Shown here: piece after piece, positions 1 through 13,174 of the stretch | How positions within the stretch are numbered: position 1 is the stretch's first letter | Layout of the letters: each line of letters begins with the position of its first letter | Source: Okamejei kenojei | Lineage: Eukaryota | Reading direction: 5' to 3' | DNA: 64,000 nucleotides | Assembly: GCA_035221665.1 (NCBI GenBank) | Contig: CM069164.1 | Coordinates: 26,412,001-26,476,000, forward strand | Translations under genes and position numbers: made by a program | The notes under the pieces: generated by a model | What the model was told of the DNA's origin: nothing | Seen by the model: the letters and a program-made list of their open reading frames with translations, nothing else | The model's database searches: none

Positions 1-548
1 CGGCCCTTGTAACATGTGAACATGATCCTGCTCAAGTTTTTCTTTTGTTGTGGCCTGCAGTAAACGTGATCGCAGTAAACAAAATGCAGATCGCAAACCC
101 CACGCCTTGCGGCTGAAGTTTTCTTTGTGTAATGGAGACGGCTCCTGTTACAAAATACCTCCTATTAAAACCTTTTCCCCGTGAGGAGAAGGTTGCACAA
201 TGGAATAGTGCCTACAAGTTATGTTAAGGTGGCATCGAACGTCAAGTAATAAGACAAGACATGGCAAGAGCAGTGGAATTTCTGGATAGAATTAACAGCC
301 ACACTATCTGAGGGATCAATGTTATGGTGTTTGATTACTCGTTAATGAATACTTATGAAGGTCACCGTGACAGATGAAATAGCAAAACACACCCGATCGT
401 AAAACCTATCTTCGAAAAATAATTAATATTGAATTATGATCAAGAAATGAAGGCCCACAAAGATTTAAGGTTGCGTTACGACAGAAGTTTGAATGGCAAA
501 GTCACATGGGATCAACATCAATAACCATCGCAGCATGCCTTGTTTGAG

Positions 549-848
549 CTTAGTTTTAGCTTTACAGGGACAGCGCAGATACAGGCCCTTCAGCCCGTCG
601 AGTCCGCGCCGACCAGCGATCCTCGCACACGAACACGATCCGACAAACACTGGGGATAATTTACAATTATACCAAGGCCTGTTAGTCTAAAAACATGTAC
701 ATCTTTGGAAGGAAACCGGTGCTCCCGGAGAAAAACCCACGCAGGTCACGGGGAGCACATGCAAACTCCGTACAGACAGCACCCGTAGTCAGGATTGAAC
801 CCGGATCTCTGGCGCTGTAACTCTACCACTGCGCCACCGTGCTGCCCT
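549..848 (-). mobile_element. tRNA-derived V-SINE (HE1-like), near full length
   Basis: Minus strand reads GGGCAGCACGGTGGCGCAGTGG (A box), GGTTCAATCC (B box), V-domain (GTGGGTTT..CTCCGGGAGCACCGGTTTCC) and CR1-shared tail GGGCTGAAGGGCCTGT..(AAACT)n. More than 30 similar copies occur in the window; only representatives are listed. Confidence 0.85.
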
Positions 849-1802
849 TGTCTTACCGCGTGCCGAACAGATTGGTGGGACAATATTACTTGGGATAAAG
901 AGTGGGTGCTGGAACTAACCCACTGTGTGATAAACTGCTCTGTCAATCCTGTTAGCAGCTCTCTCTCTCTCTATGCTTCAGTTCAGATATACCAATTTTA
1001 GTTCTTCGAAAGGTTTGTTAATACGCTGCAAAAGAGCCAGGACAATTGTCAAGTGGGCAAAGGTCAAGACTCTTTAATTCAAAGTGGGGACCACTCTGCA
1101 GCAACAGGTCGTTGAAGTTACGCGGCGTCACTAAGCTGTCACTTAGGAGATTACGTGAAGTTGAAACTTCTTAAAAATGCCGTGCGGTACTCTGTTCTCA
1201 CTTTGTCTACCAATGTGTGCATGTCCTTACAAATAAATATTAAGTGCTTCTGTCCTTCCCCAACCACTGAAATGCCGACACGCTGCTGGTTGCTGCAGCT
1301 GAGGTAACGTCTGCACCAAGGGTGAAGCTGGAATCTGACGCGGCTCCTCATTCTCACCGTACACCACCGGGGTTTCTCGGCCAAGTTCTGCTTTAGTTTA
1401 TTTTAGGGGGGTGGGGCAGAGAGAAAGACAGAGAGAAAAAAACTAATCAAGAACATTAAAAAAAAATAGAATGGGAAACAGGACAGATTTGTGCATTTTG
1501 GTCATTGTTAACTGAATAATTTACGTACATAATTATTTATGTAACAATAATTACATGATTTGTAAATTATCATGGACAATTAATTTGTCGATCATTTGAT
1601 AAATTATTATTTAACAAATAATTAATTGTGCCAAAATTATCAAATAGCCAAAAAATATGATAACCAATTTGATTCCTTGGCTCAATGCGCACAAGGAATT
1701 GTCGATGTTCTATTTCATCCAGTTAGTTATGCAGGCAAGCATTTTGAAAGCAGCAACAGGCATCTTTACTGGTCTAACTTCTGAAAAGAGTTTAGTTTAG
1801 TT

Positions 1803-1932
1803 TAAGAAAGAAATGCAGATGCTGGTTTAAAACGAAAGTAGACACAAAATGCTGGGGCAACTCAGCGGGACAGGCAGCATCTGATGAGAGAAGGAACGGG
1901 CGACGTTTCGGGTCGAGACCCTTCTTCAGACT
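1803..1932 (-). mobile_element. Penelope-like element 3' end (short pLTR form) with minimal hammerhead core
   Basis: Reverse complement of 1902-1929 = CTGAAGA-A-GGGTCTCGACCC-GAAACGTC. The same ~130-bp unit recurs dozens of times and is joined to a GIY-YIG-type ORF end in longer copies. Confidence 0.75.
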
Positions 1933-2470
1933 TAGTTTAGTTTAGTTTAGAGATACAGAGCGGAAACAGCTCCTTCGGACCGCCGGGTCCCCGCCAGCCA
2001 TTGACCCCCGCACATTAACACTATCCTACACACAAAGGACAATTTACAACCTTTTACCGAAGCCAATTAACCTACAATCACGTACGTCTTTGGAGTGTGG
2101 GAAGAAACTGGAGCACCCGAAGAAAACCCACGCAGTCATGGAGAGAACATACAAACTCAGTACAGACAGCACCCCGTAGTCGGGATCACGCCGGAGACCC
2201 GAGTTCGATCCTGACTACGGGTGCAGCCTGTATAGAGTTTGTACATTCTCCTTGTGACCGCGTGAATTTTCTCCAGGTGCTCCAGTTTCCTCCCACACTC
2301 CAAAGATGTACAGGTGTGTAGCTGTATAGGTGTGTAGGTTAATTGGCTCTGGATAAATGGTAAATTATCCCTAGTGTGTGCAGGATAGTGCCAGTGTATG
2401 GGGTGACTGCTGGACTCAGTGGGCCGAAGGACCTGTTTCCGTGCTAAATCTCTAAAGTCCAAAGTCTAAA
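1933..2470. mobile_element. Head-to-head fused pair of V-SINEs (minus 1933-2188, plus 2188-2470)
   Basis: Both copies lack the A-box end and join near the B box; the tails point outwards. Confidence 0.8.
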
Positions 2471-3253
2471 CATTCAGGAAGAAGCTGTTCCTGAGTCTGG
2501 TTGTGTACTGATTCCCTAGGGAGTAGGTGAGTTTACAATTCACTTTGTAAATTGTTCCTGGCGTGTAGGATACTAGGGGAGTGAGAGCTGGTCGGCGCGG
2601 GCTTGGTGGGCCGAAGGGCCTGTTTCCGCGTTGTGTCTCTAAAGTCTAAACTGACCAGGGTGGGGGAAGACCCTCTCCATTCGTCGGGTGAAAGTGATCA
2701 CTTTGGCTGAAGGTCTTTGCTTTCCACTGGGGCCCCTCTAGCATGTTTGCCAACAAACGCATGAAAAAATGCGGCGTTTCTGCTGCATCCGAGGGTTATC
2801 AGAATCTGCAGCTGTTGCAGTCTGAGACCTCGCTGAACAGCTAATCTTATCTTCAACGCCCTGCCGCATACCTGCGCATCGCTCGGAGCCACCGTGTGTC
2901 GAGTTCACTATAATGCCAAGGCTATGTGGCAGATAATATACAGCCAGTACAAATAGAAACATGTTTCTGAAAGTCGACACTGGCAGCTATGTGTTTAACT
3001 CCTGGTGGCTCAGAGCGAGACAGGCAGCCAAGCAATTCCAGAGATTTCATTCAGATCTCATATCTTGCTTAGAGGCAAAGGAAGAAATATTAGATTATCC
3101 TGCTTTTCTGTGGCCCTTTATGAATATGCCTGTGTGTCGGTACAGGAAAAGGCTTTGACAATAAATTTCACCAACTTGACGAGACTTGTTAAAAGCCACA
3201 GTATCAGCTTTCTAGCAGACAAGCTGTCAAATTCAGGTTAATTCAGTGTCAAC

Positions 3254-3720
3254 GGGTGGCCACAGTGGCGCAGCGGTGGAGTCGCTGCCTTACTGCGAAT
3301 GCAGCGCCGGAGACCCGGGTTCGATCCCGACCACTGGTGCTGTCTGTACGGAGTTTGTACGTTCCACCCGTGACCCGCGTGGGTTTTCTCTGAGAACTTC
3401 GGTTTCCTCCCACACTCCAAAGATGTGCATGTTTATTAACGCTGCAGATGGGGGACTGATTGGAGATGATCAGCACTGGGGATGATCAGCCATGATCACA
3501 TTGAATGGCGGTGCTGGCTCGAAGGGCCAAATGGCCTCCTCCTGCACCTGTTGTCTATTGTCTTCTGTTTGTAGGTTAATTGGCTTGGTATGAATGTATA
3601 TATGTAAAATTGTCCCTAGTGTGTGTAGGGTGGTGTTAATATGTGGGGATCACTGGTCGGTGCAGACGCGGTGGGCCAAAGGTCCTGTTTCCACGCTGAA
3701 TATCTAAACTAACATTAAAC
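3254..3720 (+). mobile_element. V-SINE interrupted by a CR1 3' tail (~3450-3563)
   Basis: A box TGGCGCAGCGG, B box GTTCGATCC and V-domain; the SINE resumes at GTTTGTAGGTTAATTGG. Confidence 0.85.
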
Positions 3721-3929
3721 TTAATTAACCAAAGAGTCAATCTCATGAACTGTATAAATATTGTGGATTATAAGAACCAAGGAGACTGTGGTTATTTGGA
3801 GGTGAAACGCAATTTCTGAAACCTTTCCATCTTCTACAAGGCGTGTCAATATTTTGATGGATGAGGACATTTGACTGGATGAGTACACCAGCAACTGCTC
3901 TCAGGAGCTTGGTACCATCTATGATAACA

Positions 3930-4236
3930 CAGGGAACTTGAATAGTCTCCCATTATAAGAATAAGGGGTAAGCCATTTAGAATGGAGACGACAAAACACT
4001 TTTTCTCACAGAGAGTTATGCGAGTCTGTGGAATTCTCTGCCTCAGAGGGCGGTGGGGGCCGGTTCTCTGGATTCTTTCAAGAGAGAGCTAGATAGGGCT
4101 CTTAAAGATAGCGGAGTCAGGGGATATGTGGAGAAGGCAGGAACAGGGGTACTGATTGGCGATGATCAGCCATGATCACATTGAATGGCTCGAAGGGCCG
4201 AATGGCCTACTCCTGCACCTATTGTCTATTGTCTAT
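3930..4236 (+). mobile_element. CR1 (HER1-like) LINE 3' fragment
   Basis: Degenerate FFSQRV..LWNSLPQRAV coding end, 3'UTR GGGCCGAATGGCCTACTCCTG and (ATTGTCT)n tail. Confidence 0.85.
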
Positions 4237-4384
4237 CTATCCACTAAACATTCCCTCCTTTGAATAATGACTCACTCCAGGTGCTAGATGAATCTGTAAC
4301 AGCTACCTGGTTCATACAGAATACAGAAGCTTGGAAGTGCTCCACCAGAATCAGGAACAGCTTCTTCCCCTCTGTTTACACTTT

Positions 4385-4682
4385 GGACTTTACACTTTTC
4401 ACCGCGGAAACAGGCCCTTCGGCCCACCGAGTCAGTGCAGACCAGCAATCACCCACACACCAGCACCATCCTAGGGACACTTTGCAATTTTACCAAAGCC
4501 AATTGACCTGCAGACTGTCTGTCTTTGGAGAGTAGGAGGAAACCGGAGCATCCAGGGAAAACCCATGCAGGTCACGGTGAGAGCGTACAAACCCTGTACA
4601 GATAGCACCTGTAGTCAGGATCGAACCCAGGTCTCTGGCGCTGTAAGGCAAAAACATTAGCGCTGAACCACCGCGCTGCCCC
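4385..4682 (-). mobile_element. V-SINE (HE1-like)
   Basis: Matches the other copies over ~300 bp. Confidence 0.85.
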
Positions 4683-5429
4683 TGTTCTGAACGGTCCCTC
4701 CATAAACTAGGTCCTTCCACGCTAATTATCCAACACACCTACATTACGTTGCTGAACAACAACGTTCCCCACTCTGTATATTTCCCTACCATTTGTACCC
4801 GTGTTTAGTTTGATTGAATTCTTGTATGACAGTGTCCGATTTGATTGTTTAGCACGCAAACAAGAGAGGTGCACTTGACAATAATAAATACACTTGACAA
4901 CAGTAAACTTAAGCCTCAACCTAGACCGTCTTCAGCATCTCACAAGCCCTTCCAACCAGTTAGTTGCCACGTGGTCATTTCTTTAGCCGGAGGGTGGTGA
5001 ATCTGTGGAATCCGTTGCCACAGACGGCGGTGGAGGCCACAAGTCAGTGGGTATTTGTAATGCGGAGATTGATAGGTTCTTGAATGGTAAGAAAGTCAAA
5101 GGATACGGGGAGAAGGCAGGGGATTGGGGTTGAGGGGGAAAATAGATCAGCCTTGATTGACTAACTGGGCAGATGCGATGGGGCAAATGGCTTACGAATT
5201 CTGCCTTTGGATTCTGCTTATGCCTTATGAACTTATTATAAACTTATTATTTCCATCACTATGTTCCTCTCCTAATCATTGATTCAGATATATAATGCCT
5301 AACAGCACTGAGAGACACCACACATAACTGTACCATAATAATCCATGTCTAAAGGTGCATTCCCTCCGAACATCCCACTTAGAACCCATGAACATGTTTA
5401 ATATTCATAACATTCAGACTTATTTAACA

Positions 5430-5780
5430 ATATGACATTGAGTTATCTAATTTTAGGTAAATAACCTCCAACTTCCCCCTTCTCCCCTCCTTAAGCCCCC
5501 TTGTCTTGCCCCCATCTTGATGTGACCCATTTCTCCCCTCCCCCCCCTCCCCCCCTCCACCGATATTCCTTCCTTTGGCTTCACAATTCTCACCTATCCT
5601 TATCTCACACCTTTAGTCTTTTCATCTCTGACCTTTGGCCAACAGTCCACCTACCAGCAAACCTCCCTCACTCATATCTACCTGTCACTCGAAGATAGAC
5701 ACAAAAAGCTGGAGAAACTCAACGGGTCAGACAGCATCTCTGGAGAAAAGGAATAGGTGACGTTTCGGGTCGCGATCCTC
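5430..5780. mobile_element. Penelope-like 3' end (+; ORF end and pyrimidine-rich UTR) followed by an inverted pLTR piece
   Basis: ATGACATTGAGTTATCTAATTTTAGGTAA resembles the MNIDFSNFR* ORF end at 61795; 5690-5775 is the short unit in the opposite orientation. Confidence 0.55.
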
Positions 5781-6184
5781 ATCTGCAGTTCGTTGTGTCT
5801 CTATATTTAATGCATCAATAGTTTCAACATTTGAAGCTGCTTTGCATTTTGTTAAGAATCTAGAACCAGATTAAAAAAAAATAATTGGCCATCCACAAGA
5901 TTTCTCAATGGTAAGTTCAGAAAGTCAAGGCTTTGCAGGCGATGATAGCAAAGAATTATGCCGCTGTAATAAATCATGACCTCCGCGTTAACTGGTCCTT
6001 TTAACATTCATTAGTGACATTAAAGCTCTGTGCAGGAAACACATTCAAAACAAGTTTTTGGTTTCTTTGATGTTTAGGCCCTCAATTCGGTTATTTTCCT
6101 TCTGGAAAATCTGGAAACAAATATTGACAAATCTCTTTTGGATTCCAGTTTCAGGGAAAGATACTTTATCTGCCAAGTTGAAAG

Positions 6185-6595
6185 TTAGAGAGTCAGAGAG
6201 TCATACAGCAGGGAAACAGGCCCTTCGGCCCAACTCGTCCATGCCGACCAAGATGCCCATCTAAGCTCGTCCCTTTGCCCGCTTTTGGCCCATACCCCTC
6301 TAAACATTTCCTATCCATGTACCAGTCCAAGTGTCTTTTAAACCCTGTTTATATTACTTGCCTCAACTACCTCCTCTGGCAGCTCGTTCCCTCAGCCCAC
6401 CATCCTCCAAGTGGAAAAGTTGCTCTTCACATTCCTATTAAATCTTTCCACTTTCATCTTCGACCTATGTCCTCTGGTTCTTGATTCCCCTTCCCTGGGT
6501 ACAAGACTGTACATTCACCCTATCTATCCCCATTGTGATTTTATACACCTCTATAAAATCACCCTCCTGTGCTCCAAGGAAAAATGTTCCAGCCT
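6185..6595 (-). mobile_element. CR1 LINE 3' fragment
   Basis: Minus strand carries GESRTRGHR..RFNRN..WNELPEEVVEA-like sequence and a GGGCCGAAGGGCCTGTTTCC tail. Confidence 0.8.
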
Positions 6596-7254
6596 GCTAT
6601 TATCTATACCGAGTGTAATTCTGTGTAAGAAGGAACTGCAGATGTTGGTTTAAACCGAAGATAGACACAAAATGCTGGAGTAACTCAACGGGTCAGACAG
6701 CATCTCTGGAGAGAAGGAATAGATGATGTATCGGGTCGAAACCCTTCTTCAAATTTTGTTGATAATAGAATCAAAACTACAATGTACAGTTTGCATTACT
6801 AGGGACTGTGGTGCTAATAATATAAAATGTCCTTATGTTAAATCGACAAGTATCATATATCAGAGCTCCTGTCCCCAAGGCTTGCAGTCCTGATTGTGAA
6901 GGTATTCTTTAAGAGTGAATAGTTGATCTAAGTACAACATCGTCTAAGCTTAGTGCCCTTGCACTATTATCTGAACAGAAAAAAAATAATTTTCATTAAT
7001 AATAATTTAGTTTACATGTTCATAAGTTCATATGTTACAGGAGCAGAATTAGGCCAGTCGGCCCATCAAGTTTACTCCACCATTTAATCATGGCTGATCT
7101 ATCTTTTCCTCTCAACCCCTTATGAATTGAAGAACTTTGAACCTCAAAGCCCAGATGGGTTGATGGGTTTAATTGGTGATTCAACCATTCCATCATTTCT
7201 GGTCAGCAGTTTTGTTGTAATACATCCAGTATTGTACAATGGCTAAACCACTGG

Positions 7255-7712
7255 CTAGTTTAGTTTAGAGTTTCATTCAGTTTAGTGGTACAGCGCGGAA
7301 ACAGGCCCTTCGGCCCACCGAGTTCGCGCTGACCAGCGATTCCCGCACAATATCACTATCCTACACATGCTAGGGACCATTTATTTTTTTACCAAAGCCA
7401 ATTAACCTACATATATATTTTTGTATATTTTTGGAGTGTGAAAACCAAAGATCATAGGCAATAGACAATAGACAATGGGTGCAGGAGTAGGCCATTCGGC
7501 CCTTCGAGCCAGCACCGCCATTCAATGTGATCATGGCTGATCACCCCCAATCAGTACCCCGTTCCTGCCTTCTCCCCATAGATCTCGGAGAAAACCCATG
7601 CGGTCACGGGGAGAACATACAAACTCCGTACAGACAGTACCCGTAGTCGGGATCGAACCTGGGTCTCTGGCGCTGCAAGGAAGCAACTCTACCGCTGTGC
7701 CACCGAACCGCC
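7255..7712 (-). mobile_element. V-SINE with nested CR1 tail (~7455-7580)
   Basis: The SINE is split by an (AGACAAT)n..CR1 3'UTR segment. Confidence 0.8.
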
Positions 7713-9762
7713 CCAGTTATGTGTGAAATAACAAAATAAGGAGAAAAAAAACAAATTCAGCTCTAACACAAATCAGCACACTCAGAACAAATTACAGTTT
7801 AGAAAGCCAAACACTAAGATTCCTCAACCCTCTTCCAATAACTTGGACTAAACGCAACTTGGCTAGGCTTTATTCCACTGAACGCATCAAAATACTTCAA
7901 CTCAATGGAATTTTTGGAAGCAGCATTTGGCTTGGTCCCAACAAATGTCAGGTATTTGTGAACATATAGTTCATTCCAGTTTATCTCAGATGAGTTAATG
8001 ATCCTTGTCAGGAGATATAGAAGGGGCTTTTCTTTACCTTTTTTGGGACATTCCAATGTCAATCCTTTATTTGCCCGTCAGTACATTTAGCCCATTTACA
8101 TCTTAGTTTAGTTAGAGATACATCGTGGAAACAGGCCCTTTGGCCCACAGAGTCCACGGCGACCAGCCATTAGTAATGCTATCCTACACACACTTGGGAC
8201 AATTAACAATTATACCAACCTACAAACCTGTACGTTTTTGGAGTGTGGGTAGAAACCGGCGATCATAGAGAAAACCCAGGCAGGACACGGGGAGAACGTG
8301 CAAACTCCGTACAGACAGCACCCGGGGTTACTCTACCGCTACGCCACCGTGCTGCCCTGTCAGACTATCTTCACTCCCAGTCATATGGCGAGGGAATGGT
8401 GCCCAGATCCATCAGTGGATCACTCGGAATCCCATTCCAACTCCTTAGATGAAAGACCTTCACCCTTTCAAACTTCTTTGGCAAAGACCATTGAAGCATT
8501 GACTGGATGAGAATGCTCCTGGAACATATAAACTTATGAACTCTCCTGGATGAGAAGGGTCCCTGCCCGAAATGTGGACTGTCAATTGTTGCAAATATCA
8601 CATCTCCATAGATGCTGCCTGAACCAGCTAAGATACTCCGACACTTGGTGTTCTGTACAAGATTCCAGCATCTGCAGTTTACTTGTGCCTCTAGGCTCGT
8701 TCAGCAGTGGGCAGTGAGTTGCTTGTTTGGTAAGGCACACACAAGAGGGAGCCTTTTCAGCTTAAAAATGCCACGACTTAATGAAAACAGAGCATATGTT
8801 TAAAGCTGCCTCAATGGTGAAAATGATCGCAAAACTAGCTCCCGTTCTGCAACCCGATAACAAAACTCGTGTGCTTTTTAATAACTTATCACTGGTCCTA
8901 ATGCCGATATATGTCCTGTCAATGCTTTAGTTAAATGTTCTCACCAGACAGGGGAAGCACGGTGGCTCAGCGGGAGAGTTGCTGCCAGTGTTCGGATGTG
9001 GCTACGGATTCTGCCTTATGGAGTTTGTACGTTCTCCCTGTGATCGAGTGGGTTTTCCCCGGGTGCTCCGGTTTCCTCCCACACGCCAAAGACTTGCAGG
9101 TTTGCGGGTTCATTAGTTTCGGTAAAATTGTCCCTAGTGTGTAGGACAGTGCTAGTTTACGGGGTGATCGCTGGTCGGGCCAGACTCGGTGGGCCGAAGG
9201 GCCTGTTTCCTCGCTCTACCTCTACAGTATAGAGTCTAAAGCCAGGGTCCTTTAATAATCGTGCATTTTGTTTAATTCCACAACTTCCTGATACCTGTCA
9301 GCGATCAAAATGAATTAAACCTTATTGCAAACGCAAAAGTCCAAAAACAATGTTTAATCAGAGAGCGTGAAAAACGACTTCATTAGACAATTTGCATTCA
9401 CAAAGCGAATGTGCCAAGAGAGTTGATTTGTTGAGACCTCTTTGAGAAAACAGGTCAAGGCTTTCCCTCGTTACTTGACCCTTGGTCTTTGGCGGGGCTG
9501 CCAAATGTCCGCCCTGTGGCAGGAGGCCAGACCAGTTAAGTTGATGGTCAGCAAACATTACGCAGCTTAGAGAGTGGTCATCTGGGCCGGGACTTGGGGA
9601 GTTAACCCATGGTGATTCACGGGCAGGCAACATTTGCAGAGCAAAGGAGGTTAGAAGCAGCCACTGCCTGACTCAAGCTAAACAAATGTGATTAACAACC
9701 CTGCCAGGGACTGACTAGCATTGTATTGGTACTTTGTCTAAAGAGACATAATTTCCCTAGTT

Positions 9763-9953
9763 GGACACAAAAATCTGGACTAGATCAGACAGCATCTCTC
9801 GAGAAAAGGAATCGGTGACGTTTCGGGTCGAGACCCTTCCTCTGACACTTCAGTCTCGACCCGAAACGTCACCTATTCCTTTTCTCCAGAGATGCTGTCT
9901 GGCCCGTTGAGTTACTCCAGCATTTTGTGTCGACCTCTGTGTTTAAACCAGCA
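9763..9953. mobile_element. Inverted (fold-back) PLE pLTR pair
   Basis: A minus copy to 9840 is followed by a plus copy from 9854; the arms pair over ~60 bp. Confidence 0.75.
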
Positions 9954-9954
9954 A

Positions 9955-10258
9955 GGGCCGGCATGGCGGAGCAGCGGTAGAGTTGCTGCCTTACGGCGCC
10001 GGAGACCCGGGTTCGATCCTGACTATGGGTAACATCTGTACGGAGTTTGTACGTTCTCCCAGTGACCTGTGTGGGTTTTCCCCAGGTGCTCTGGTTTCCT
10101 CCCGCGCTCCAAAACGTACAGGTTTGTAGGCTAATTGGCTTCGCTGAAAATTGCGAATTGTCACCAGTGCTAGTGTGCGTGAATCGCTGGTCGGCGCGGA
10201 CTCAGTGGGCCAAAGGGGTCTGTTTCCACGCTGTATCTCTAAACGAAACGAAACTAAA
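9955..10258 (+). mobile_element. V-SINE (HE1-like)
   Basis: A/B boxes, V-domain and tail present. Confidence 0.85.
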
Positions 10259-12537
10259 TCTGCAGTTCCTTCCTAATCATTTCCCTGGTATGCTCTCTTT
10301 GTTCCTACCTGTCTCCAGTTTTGGTTTTCATTATTCACTGTGCTATGAGTGGTCATTGATGCCTCTGCACTGATTTTTTTAAGTTAAATCATTTTCCACT
10401 TTGTCACTGATGGATGAGACCAAGTCTCTTACTCAGTGTATCACATATGAATTATTAAGATACACAAGTATCTCTGATATGCCATCTCACTCATTTGCAT
10501 GACACACTGCTATTATCATAGATCAGAATAGTGTACTCTGTCATTCTCTCTCCCCCTCCTCTTTGATGGTTGCACTAGCAAAGGTAAAAATGATAAATAT
10601 CACCATAAATGATACCGTGTCTCCTCTGTATTTTACACGAAGATTGAACACCATCCTCTACACAGCATGCCATTAAAACATGTTTAATATAATGTGTGGT
10701 AAAATAATATCTCTTAAATTTATACGGTGTGATTAAAGAGCAAAATATTGCAACTCCTTTAAAGGCTTTTTATAGGAAGGAGTCCCCTAGCGCGTGGGAT
10801 GCTGGTTTACACTGATGACAGACACAAAATGATGGGGTAACTCAGTGGGTCAGGCAGCATCTCAGCCAAAAAGGAAAAGGTGATGTTTCGGATCGAGACC
10901 CTTCTTCGGACTGGGAGTCAGGTGAAAAGGAAACTAGAGATATATAAAGGTACAAAGAACAAATGAGAGAAAGGTGTGAAAAGGACAAATCAAAGCCAGC
11001 CAGATGATCAAGGAAGGGTGGAGCCCACAAAGTGTAGGAAGGAACTGCTGATGCCGGTTTCCACCGGAGATAGACACAACATGCCGGAGTATCTCTGCGG
11101 GACAGGCGGCATCTCTGGAGAGAATCCAGGTATCCTTCTCGACAGAGATGCTGCCTGTCCCGCTGAGTTACTCCAGCATTTTGTGTATATATTCATGGAG
11201 TCCACAATGGTCCATTGTTGGCTGTGAAGAAGGTGATAACAAGTGACTACAAACAGTGAAACAAAGCAGGGTGACGGTGAAACTAGTTTGACGACCAGGG
11301 TGGGTGTGGGGGGAGGGGGGGGGGGGGGGGTGGTTTCCCATTTTAATGATTTCCCATTTTGAGTTTTAATTGATGCTAGTAACATACGAGGCTGCAAAGC
11401 TGTCCCTCCTACAATTTTTAGTTTAGTTTAGTTTAGAGATACCAAGAGTATTCGACCACCATTGCTAATGTACACCCCATACCTGGTTACTTCACTTTGC
11501 ATTGGTTAAACTGACAATGAGGTGCAATACTCTATGGAGATGGAGTGGTAGAACAGTACAGCATGGAAACAGGCCCTTCAGCCCACATTATCCATGAGAA
11601 CAGCTTAACAATGTACGGCATGGACATTGTGGGCCAAAGGGCCTCTTCTTGTGCTGTACCGTTCTATGTTCTGTTGAATGGCGGAGTAGACCTGACGGGC
11701 CGAATGGCCTAATTCTGGTCCTGTAACTTATGAACTATAAACCTCTGTGTTTTAAGACATGTTAGTTTAGTTTAGTTCAGTTTAGTTTATTGTCACGTGT
11801 ACCGAGGTACAGTGAAAAGCTTTTTGTTACGTGCTAACCAGTCGGCAGAAAGACTATACATGATTACAATCGAGCTGTCGAGGTGGTTGAGGTTGGGATC
11901 ATTTAAGAAACAGTTGGACAGGTACATGGATAGGACAGGTATGGAGGGTTATGGACCAAGTGCAGGCAAGTGGGACTAGGGTAGATGGGGCATTGTTGGC
12001 CGTTGTGAGTGAGTTGGGCCAAAGGGCCTGTTTCCACACTGTATTACTCCATGACTCTCTATTACTAATAAAGTCCTTTATTAATGCTTGGAGCCACATC
12101 AAAATACCATTGCGTTCTGACCTTCCGATATTAATGCTATTCTGCACTGGCATTCATTGGGTTAAATTTATATAGTTGGTATCGTAAGTAAATAAATTAG
12201 GCATTACTATCAAACCAAAAAACCAAAGTGGATTTAGAAAGAATAAAACGTTGCCATTCAAAAAAAGTGGTGAAAATGAAGAAGAATGTTTTTGCTTATG
12301 TTTAATTTTGACAACAATTGATTATAGTCACACATGATGGAACGGGGTCTTCATCCCGCCAGTCTAAATCATTAGTGGTACCGTTTGATATGGGTGAGAG
12401 GCTCAGTGAGTAATTGATACGTCACAATTAGACCATGGATGGGTGTTTTCTTTCATCTTTATTTTCTAGTTAAGTCGCCAAGATACGGAAGGTCATGGAC
12501 TGACCGCAGGTAAGTGGACATAGGTAGATAGAACTGG

Positions 12538-12842
12538 CGTGCAAGAAAGAACTGCAGACGCTGGTAAAATCGAAGGTGGACACAAAATGCTGGAGTAACT
12601 CAGCGGGACAGGCAGCATCTCTGGAGAGAAGGAATGGGCGACGTTTCGGGTCGAGACCCTTCCTCAGACTGATGTCAGGGGAGGGGGCGGGACAAAGATA
12701 GAATGTGGTCGGAGACAGTAAGACTAGTGGGAGGACTGGGAAGGGGATGGAGAGAGAAAGCAAGGGCTATCGGAAGTTAGAGAAGTCAATGTTCATACCA
12801 CTGGTGTGTAAACCATCCAAGTGAAATATGAGGTGCTGTTCC
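12538..12842 (-). mobile_element. Penelope-like element 3' end including the GIY-YIG C-terminal coding end
   Basis: Minus strand encodes EQHLIFHLDGLHTSGMNIDFSNFR*, then the UTR, then a hammerhead-like core at ~12640-12667. Confidence 0.75.
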
Positions 12843-13174
12843 CAGATAGATCTGGCATTGAAATAAGGAAATTCTTACTTTCTGCAGCATTCCAGGCTTT
12901 ATAATGCAAAAAACCACACAAATAAATATACAATGATCAATAATACAATAATCAATGATACTACGTAATCAGATTATAATGGTTTAAATCCCAAGCATGA
13001 AGTACAAATAAACAAAGTTCACTGTAGATTATAGGTGCAGAGGTAGGGTTGGGGTCAGTGTAGTGCAGTCTATTGAGAGGAAGCTGTTCTTAAACGTGGA
13101 GGCCACAAACTTCAGGCCCCTGTACTTTCCTCCCAGTGGTAGCAGCAAGATAAGCATGGCCAGCATTGCTTTGA

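Noticed and set aside
3254-3335. tRNA gene-like sequence (A and B boxes)
   Set aside because: It continues into the V-domain and LINE tail, so it is a SINE head rather than a tRNA gene; the same applies to all other copies.
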